Shown: positions 58,014 to 64,000 of the stretch, piece by piece
Layout of the letters: each line of letters starts with the position of its first letter
Position numbering within the stretch: the first letter of the stretch is position 1
Assembly (NCBI GenBank): GCA_963674945.2
Contig: CAXXWQ010000004.1
Span: forward strand, 2,784,001 to 2,848,000
Reading direction: 5' to 3'
Source: an uncultured Desulfosarcina sp.
Lineage (GTDB): Bacteria > Desulfobacterota > Desulfobacteria > Desulfobacterales > Desulfosarcinaceae
DNA length: 64,000 nucleotides
Translations under genes and position numbers: made by a program
Notes under the pieces: model-generated
Databases searched by the model: none
What the model saw: only the letters and a program-made list of their open reading frames with translations
What the model was told of the DNA's origin: nothing

Positions 58014-58816
58014 TCTTTGGTTTCAAACCAGTAGGTTTTGCGTTCCTTCAGCCATCCTTCGGCCTTCACGTAGCCGATCCAGTTGTTGAAAAAATTGAGC
58101 GTATCCACATCACCCTTGCGAACGGCAAAGCCGATGGGTTCGGTGGTGAAGGTGCCGTTTATGGGCAGAAAGAGCCTGTCCGGATAGCGGATGGCCTGGA
58201 AGGCGGGCGTAGGCGCGGAGCCGACCACGGCGTGTACCCGCCCGTTGATCACCTCCTGGTAGGCCTGGGCCTCATCATCGAACATGCGGATCTCTGCCTT
58301 GGGCAGGTATTTCTTGGTGGCGGCCACGGCGGTGGAACCCAATCGGGCCGCGATGATCACCCCAGGTTTATTGAATGCATCCAGACCCTCCATGCCGGCG
58401 GCCATCTTCCTGCTGGCCACGATGGACATTCCGGTAAAATCGTACGGATCGGTGAAATTGACCTTGAGATTGCGGCTGGGAAGAATGCCCATGCCGCCGA
58501 TGATGACATCGAATTTCCCGGTGAGAAGGGCAGGGATGATGCCGGACCATTTGGTGGGAACGAATTCGACCCGAACGCCCATGTCCTCGGCCAGGCGCGT
58601 GGCCACGTCGATTTCGAACCCGATCAGTTTGCCGGTCTTGTCCTTCATGGCCCAGGGAACGAAGGTGGACATTCCCACACGCAGCACGCCGCGTTGAATC
58701 ACCTGCTCCACGACGCTCTCTTGCTCCTGCCCGGCAACGGCGCCGGTAACACCGATTACCATGGTCGTCCACAACGCCAACACAACCATCAGAATCATCC
58801 GTCTCGAAAATCTCAT
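57992..58816 (-). CDS. Polar amino acid ABC substrate-binding protein (family 3)
   Basis: Signal peptide; GFEIDVA, W.GIIPAL..GKFD and FTDPY motifs. Confidence 0.92.
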   Translation of the reverse strand: MRFSRRMILMVVLALWTTMVIGVTGAVAGQEQESVVEQVIQRGVLRVGMSTFVPWAMKDKTGKLIGFEIDVATRLAEDMGVRVEFVPTKWSGIIPALLTGKFDVIIGGMGILPSRNLKVNFTDPYDFTGMSIVASRKMAAGMEGLDAFNKPGVIIAARLGSTAVAATKKYLPKAEIRMFDDEAQAYQEVINGRVHAVVGSAPTPAFQAIRYPDRLFLPINGTFTTEPIGFAVRKGDVDTLNFFNNWIGYVKAEGWLKERKTYWFETKDWESRLK

Positions 58817-58961
58817 GTCATGCTCCTTTCCGCATTTATTCCTAAGTTTAGCAATTAGCTGTTATCGATTAGCAACCTAATTTCAAAGAATTGCTGATAA
58901 ATACGCAATAAAAAAGAGCGAACAACAAATCGCTAAAGGCGAACCGCTCACCATGGGGTTT

Positions 58962-59780
58962 TTATACAAGCAACCGTTTCTCCATTACCCGGGTAGCCAA
59001 AGACAAGGCCAGGGTCAAGCTCAGGTACAATGCTGCGATGGAGAACCACAATTCAAACACCAGGTAGGTCTCCGCAATGATCTCCTGTCCTCTCATGGTC
59101 AGGTCGTAAATGGCGATGGTACTGACAAGGGCCGAATCCTTGATCAGGGACACCGCCTGACTGACCAGGGGCGGTGCCATACGGCGCAAAGCCTGGGGTA
59201 GCACCACGTGCCGCAACGTCTGGTATCGATTCAGACCGATGCTCATGGCGGCCTCCCACTGTCCCCGATCCACGGACAAGATGCCGGCGCGAATGATTTC
59301 CGAGGCGTACGCTCCTTCGAACAGGCTGAGTGCCAGCACCGCCGATGAAAAGCGGCCCAAGTCCAGCATGGGGCCGAAAACAAAGTAAATGAAAAACAAC
59401 TGGACCAAAAGGGGCGTATTGCGGATGGTTTCCAAGTAGATCCGCGCCAGGAACCGAGGGGTGACAGCAGGGGACAGACGGCTGATTGCGGTTACCAGGC
59501 CAAGCAGACTGGACAGCAAGAGTGACAGGGCACTTACCTTCAATGTCACCATGAGCCCTTGAATCAAGGGACCGGCCACGATTTTCCCATCTGCAACGGT
59601 TACCAGATACCGGGGCACACGATACCACTGCCAATTGTATCCCAATTCCTTTCCTCCGACATAGACGAGCCAGAGGAGAAGGCCGGCGGTTGCCGTCGCC
59701 TTCAACCCATCTGCAAACAGTGTCCGCATCGTCGATGAAGCGTCCTTATTTTCCAGGCCAATGGCGTCACAATTGTTCAT
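58962..59780 (-). CDS. Polar amino acid ABC permease
   Basis: RNTPLLVQLF, AYASEIIRAGI, GQWEAA, LPQA and IKDSAL motifs. Confidence 0.92.
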   Translation of the reverse strand: MNNCDAIGLENKDASSTMRTLFADGLKATATAGLLLWLVYVGGKELGYNWQWYRVPRYLVTVADGKIVAGPLIQGLMVTLKVSALSLLLSSLLGLVTAISRLSPAVTPRFLARIYLETIRNTPLLVQLFFIYFVFGPMLDLGRFSSAVLALSLFEGAYASEIIRAGILSVDRGQWEAAMSIGLNRYQTLRHVVLPQALRRMAPPLVSQAVSLIKDSALVSTIAIYDLTMRGQEIIAETYLVFELWFSIAALYLSLTLALSLATRVMEKRLLV

Positions 59781-60055
59781 ATCATGCCGGCGTTAAATGT
59801 TCTGATGGGCACGGCCACGATGTTTCCGTGTCTTCCAAGATGTACCATTTTCTGGAAAAAGCAAGTTTTCGTTCCCCTTCATGCGGTTGAACAAACATGT
59901 TTCATGTATTATTTTTTTGATACAACTATGTTTCAATAAACTGTTTCGATATGACCTGTCGGGTCAATGGGAGGACGGTATCGGTTTCATGCAGGTGACA
60001 AACAAACAATTGAAATAAAATAGAATACATCATATCTGGTGATCCATGTTGCGTC

Positions 60056-60071
60056 TGGCACGATTCTGGCT
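60056..60071 (+). promoter_or_regulatory. Sigma54 (-24/-12) promoter candidate
   Basis: TGGCACG-ATTC-TGGCT has GG and GC correctly spaced, about 85 nt upstream of the DVU0772-like start. Confidence 0.6.
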
Positions 60072-60155
60072 CACAAATCGACAGCGAATATTATCCCAGC
60101 GAGATAGACAGACTTCGCTGGTTTGGGTAACTCGAATATACGGGAGTTTCGAAAA

Positions 60156-60515
60156 ATGATGAATATCGATGAAATCAAAGGAAATACGGATCTTGTCAAC
60201 GCCATTGACTGGGACATGACACCCGAAGAGGCCGTTCGCCTCTATTTGGAGTGGGGGAACAACTGGGCACGAGGTAACTATGTCATCCGATCAAAGGACG
60301 ACGTATCTCATTATTTCGTTGTCAACACCTGGAAGGAAGAGCCGGTGATCTATTTCATTCGCCGCAACAGCGATGAAGCCGTGGAACTGGCGAAGATCGA
60401 AATGCCGAAAGATCTAAAACGAAGATACTTGCATTCTCAAGGTCGGCACAAAGGCGTGTGGGCACCGGATGCCGACGTTAAAGCTTGGCTCAGAAAAAAG
60501 TTGAATGTTCACTAA
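60156..60515 (+). CDS. DVU0772-family protein
   Basis: [21 protein letters not shown] and YFVVNTW motifs, recalled as characteristic of this sulfate-reducer family. Confidence 0.75.
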   Translation: MMNIDEIKGNTDLVNAIDWDMTPEEAVRLYLEWGNNWARGNYVIRSKDDVSHYFVVNTWKEEPVIYFIRRNSDEAVELAKIEMPKDLKRRYLHSQGRHKGVWAPDADVKAWLRKKLNVH

Positions 60516-60715
60516 TCGAAAGCGTTTCCAGGCTTAACCCCCAGGGGCTTGAGAATTTTCACAAGCGGGCAAAACCCCGTAATGCTGGACTGCAGGAGGT
60601 TGGCACCGACAAAAGCGGTGAGCCAAAGCCAATAGTGACTGTGCATCTGTGAAAGAATCAGTGAGACCAGTATCATCGTTCCAGCAAAGGCCAAGACAAT
60701 GCGATCAATATTCAT
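60512..60715 (-). CDS. DUF2892 / YgaP-like small membrane protein
   Basis: Two TMs; [16 protein letters not shown] motif; GGAGG RBS. Confidence 0.88.
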   Translation of the reverse strand: MNIDRIVLAFAGTMILVSLILSQMHSHYWLWLTAFVGANLLQSSITGFCPLVKILKPLGVKPGNAFD

Positions 60716-60896
60716 AGTAACCTCCCGTGCATGAATTATGTGTTGAGAATAAAGAGCGCCGCACCCTGTTGATGGTTACAGCCGAGGGACAAAATTTATG
60801 ATGATCCCTTCGTTCATAAAAAAATCAATGGCATATTACAACCAATTTTAGTATAACCGAGCCTACTCAAAACAAACCAATCATCAAGGGGGCAAC

Positions 60897-61358
60897 ATGA
60901 ATTTCAATTCCTTCGAGGAGATTCTTGATTTCGCAATCGAAAGGGAAAAACAGGCCGTTGCTTTTTATCAAAAACTGGTGGACAAGGAGACCTTTCCTGC
61001 ATCCAAAAAGACCCTCGCCGAGTTTGTGGAAGAAGAAAAAAAACATCAGAGACTCCTGGAGGAGTTCAAAAAGGGAAATCGTTCCGTCGTCGAATACGAT
61101 TACGAATGGATTCCGGATATCAAACGCAGCGATTACATCGTAGATACGAAGTACGAACCGGGAATGGACTTCGCCGAAATCCTTCGGTTGGCCATGAAAC
61201 GGGAGGAGAAAGCCCTGAGACTGTACAACGCCCTTGCCACCAAAACAGATGATCCGGACTGTATCAAGCTGTTCAAGGTTTTGGCACAGGAAGAAGCCAA
61301 GCACAAGCAAACGTTCGAAACCTTGTATGATGACCATATGGCAAAATTGGGAGATTAA
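60897..61358 (+). CDS. Rubrerythrin/ferritin-like diiron protein
   Basis: AIEREKQAVAFY, EEKKH, AMKREEKA..LY and EEAKH motifs. Confidence 0.9.
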   Translation: MNFNSFEEILDFAIEREKQAVAFYQKLVDKETFPASKKTLAEFVEEEKKHQRLLEEFKKGNRSVVEYDYEWIPDIKRSDYIVDTKYEPGMDFAEILRLAMKREEKALRLYNALATKTDDPDCIKLFKVLAQEEAKHKQTFETLYDDHMAKLGD

Positions 61359-61428
61359 TCGCATGTCCCACCCGATTTGAACAGTTGTCCGCCGGTCGAC
61401 TGGCAACTTTCTTTTGCAAGGAGGAATT

Positions 61429-61920
61429 ATGCTGCCAAAGATCAAAAAGATCCTCTATGCCACAGATCTATCCGAGAACGCACGGTATGCCTATAACTAT
61501 GCGGCAAGTTTGGGACAACAATACGGTGCGCAGATCACCATCGTCCATGTCATCGAAAAATTAACCGCCGAAACCTTTCTGCAGATCCAGGGATATTTGG
61601 GGGAAGAGAAGTGGAAACAGATCCAGAAAGATAAACAGGCGGATTTTATCGCCACCATCAAGGGACGACTCAGCGACTTTTGTAACAAGATCAGCGACGA
61701 AGTGGACGCCTGCACCTTCCAGGTGGAAAAGATTATCGTCGTAGAGGGAATCCCCGCCGACGAAATCCTACACCAGGCCGATTTAAACGATGCAGACATC
61801 ATCGTCATCGGATCCAAAGGACACGGATTGTTCAAGGAAGCCCTGATGGGCGGAACGGCCAGGAGAGTGGTGAGAAGAAGCACCATTCCGGTGATGGTTG
61901 TTCGACTTCCGGAAACATAA
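61429..61920 (+). CDS. Universal stress protein (UspA family)
   Basis: KKILYATDLS, HV, G.PADEI, IVIGSKG and MGGTARRV...PVMVV; AGGAGG RBS. Confidence 0.93.
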   Translation: MLPKIKKILYATDLSENARYAYNYAASLGQQYGAQITIVHVIEKLTAETFLQIQGYLGEEKWKQIQKDKQADFIATIKGRLSDFCNKISDEVDACTFQVEKIIVVEGIPADEILHQADLNDADIIVIGSKGHGLFKEALMGGTARRVVRRSTIPVMVVRLPET

Positions 61921-62191
61921 TCTTTTACGACGACAAAACTTATCCTATTGAATATTATTGTCTTTTTGATTACCTGCACTTATCCGTCATCCCATCTCTT
62001 TTCTCCGATCAAATGCCAATTGACATCTTCCGTTCACAAACCGTGGCCATCGTTGACTCAAAAACAAAATCGGTGTACCTAATAGCCATTTCATCAAGCG
62101 ATTCAAGATTCGGAAGAATCCGCCATAGATCCAATATCCAAGCCCGGTTCACCGGCAATCACAATTATCAAGGCTTTAGGAGGGGGACATC

Positions 62192-63253
62192 ATGCAAGTG
62201 ACCATTACGAAAACCGACCAACGCAAACCCAAGCCGGATGAGGGCAAATTGGATTTCGGTACCATCTTTACAGATCACATGTTCAATATGGACTACAGCC
62301 TGGAAAAAGGTTGGCACAACCCCCGCATCGAACCCTATGCCCCCCTTGTAATGGAGCCATCCACCATGGTTCTCCATTATGGTCAGGGCGTCTTCGAGGG
62401 AATGAAAGCCTACCGAACCAAAGGTGGCGACATTCAACTGTTTCGCCCCCAGGAAAATTTCAAGCGGCTCAACACGTCCAACCGCAAACTCTGTATTCCC
62501 GAAATCGATGAAGCATTTGCCCTGGATGCACTCAAACAGCTGCTCACCGTTGAAAAGGAGTGGGTGCCCAGCCAGCCGGGAACGTCTTTGTACATCCGGC
62601 CGACCATCATCGCTACCGATCCGTTTTTGGGTGTTCGTGCGTCCCACACCTATCGTTTTTTCATCATCCTGTGTCCGGTGGGCGCCTATTATGCCGAGGG
62701 GTTTAACCCGGTCAAGATCATGGTGACCAGGGAGCATGTGCGCGCCGTACGCGGCGGTGTGGGGGACACCAAGACCATGGGTAACTATGCGGCCAGTCTG
62801 CTCGCCGGTGAAAAAGCGCATGACGAGGGATATACACAGGTGTTGTGGCTCGATGGTGTAGAGTTGAAATATATCGAGGAGGTCGGGTCCATGAACATCT
62901 TCTTCGTCCTCGACGACGAACTTGTCACCCCCATGCTCTCGGGCAGTATCTTGCCCGGCATCACCCGCGATTCGGTAATCCAGCTGGGACGGTCGTGGGG
63001 GCTTACGGTGACCGAAAGAAAGATCAGCATCGACGAACTGATGGAAGCCCACGAATCGGGCAAATTGAAAGAAATTTTCGGATCCGGCACGGCAGCCGTC
63101 ATCTCACCGGTAGGAGAGCTCAAATACGATGAAAGGGTGATCACCGTCGGCGAAGGTCAGGTGGGCCCCCTGGCCCATCGCTTCTTCCAGTCCATCCAGG
63201 ACATTCAATACGGTTCCATCGAAGGCCCTGAAGGGTGGGTGGTAAGAATCTAA
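62192..63253 (+). CDS. ilvE: Branched-chain amino acid aminotransferase
   Basis: FTDHM, LHYGQGVFEGMKAY, LYIRP, K..GNYA, EEVGSMN, ILPGITR and GSGTAAVISPVG motifs. Confidence 0.96.
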   Translation: MQVTITKTDQRKPKPDEGKLDFGTIFTDHMFNMDYSLEKGWHNPRIEPYAPLVMEPSTMVLHYGQGVFEGMKAYRTKGGDIQLFRPQENFKRLNTSNRKLCIPEIDEAFALDALKQLLTVEKEWVPSQPGTSLYIRPTIIATDPFLGVRASHTYRFFIILCPVGAYYAEGFNPVKIMVTREHVRAVRGGVGDTKTMGNYAASLLAGEKAHDEGYTQVLWLDGVELKYIEEVGSMNIFFVLDDELVTPMLSGSILPGITRDSVIQLGRSWGLTVTERKISIDELMEAHESGKLKEIFGSGTAAVISPVGELKYDERVITVGEGQVGPLAHRFFQSIQDIQYGSIEGPEGWVVRI

Positions 63254-63339
63254 CACGCACCCATCCGGAAACGGGAAATTGTGTTTATCCCAGAAAAGCT
63301 TCCACTAAGTAAGGGATGGACAAAGACAAGGGAGGTTGA

Positions 63340-64000
63340 ATGAAAATCAGAAAAGCTGTGTTCCCCGTCGCAGGCTTGGGAACCCGATTCTTACCGGCAA
63401 CCAAAGCCATGGCCAAGGAAATGCTTCCCATCGTGGACAAACCCCTGATTCAATATGCCGTGGAAGAGGCATATGAATCGGGCATTACTGAAATCATCTT
63501 CGTGACCGGCGCCGGTAAGAATGCCATCGAGAATCACTTCGACCACTCCTGCGAGCTGGAGCACATGCTGATGTCACGGGGAAAGGACGCCCAGCTCAAG
63601 ATGATCCATGACCTGATCCCCGAGTCCGGTTCGATCATTTACACCCGCCAGAACCAACCGTTGGGCCTGGGCCATGCGATCTGGTGTGCCCGAAACATCG
63701 TGGGCAACGAACCTTTCGCCGTATTGTTGGCAGATGACCTGATCAAGGCCGAAAAACCGGTGTTGAAACAGATGATTGAAAAATTCGACGAACTGCAGTC
63801 CTCCATCGTCTCGGTGGTGGAGGTTGAGAAAAAGGACACCAGCAAATACGGCATTCTGGAAGCCGATCCACTGGTCGACAGCGTTACGAAGATACGCGGC
63901 CTCGTGGAAAAACCAAAGCCGGAGAAGGCGCCCTCCAACCTGGCGATCATCGGCCGGTATATTCTAACCCCCGAAATCTTCGACATCCTGGATAACAAAG
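63340..64000 (+). CDS. galU: UTP--glucose-1-phosphate uridylyltransferase (partial, runs off the right edge)
   Basis: Manual translation: MKIRKAVFPVAGLGTRFLPATKAMAKEMLPIVDKPLIQY...RQNQPLGLGHAI...LADD...VEKP...GRYIL; GGAGG RBS. Confidence 0.95.
   Translation, partial: MKIRKAVFPVAGLGTRFLPATKAMAKEMLPIVDKPLIQYAVEEAYESGITEIIFVTGAGKNAIENHFDHSCELEHMLMSRGKDAQLKMIHDLIPESGSIIYTRQNQPLGLGHAIWCARNIVGNEPFAVLLADDLIKAEKPVLKQMIEKFDELQSSIVSVVEVEKKDTSKYGILEADPLVDSVTKIRGLVEKPKPEKAPSNLAIIGRYILTPEIFDILDNK

Noticed and set aside
61921..62191. Attenuator or T-box leader upstream of ilvE
   Set aside because: There is no Leu/Ile/Val-rich leader peptide, T-box consensus or clear terminator; the 62013-62201 ORF is featureless.

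Overview
The window is a GC-rich, gene-dense chromosomal segment. Its gene content (HdrA/MvhD flavoproteins, Kor/Ior oxidoreductases, RACo, DVU0772, DUF134/DUF5320) points to an anaerobic sulfate-reducing deltaproteobacterium (Desulfobacterales-like; inference). Main blocks, in order: (1) a minus-strand redox cluster of thioredoxin, STAND-type adenylate/guanylate cyclase, RACo/ASKHA activator and CoA-disulfide reductase-like flavoprotein, beside a PAS sigma54 activator; (2) DUF134/DUF5320 genes, an atypical thioredoxin and a CBS protein; (3) an approximately 11 kb korDABC-hdrL-like-mvhD/hdrD-hdrA(Sec)/mvhD gene run, with an in-frame UGA and a SECIS-like hairpin; (4) threonine aldolase followed by a low-GC patch with decayed genes; (5) a GDSL hydrolase and a hybrid kinase; (6) a NosL/FtsX-ABC/Cys-His membrane protein/DsbD_2 cluster with no nosZ; (7) ino1 plus a TIM-barrel gene bounded by MITE-like repeat ends; (8) glycerate kinase and an AT-rich plant-type LRR island; (9) iorAB, a stand-alone Cache protein, an MCP and an EAL-HDOD protein; (10) a Liv-type ABC importer whose LivF ATPase is fused in frame to a phenylacetate-CoA ligase; (11) a polar amino acid ABC lacking an ATPase, stress genes, ilvE and partial galU. 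I saw no rRNA, tRNA, CRISPR array or transposase. The best candidates for an undescribed system are the LivF-PaaK fused importer, the Kor-Hdr(Sec) complex and the nosZ-independent NosL/ABC metal-handling cluster. All family assignments come from motif recognition by eye, not from database searches.
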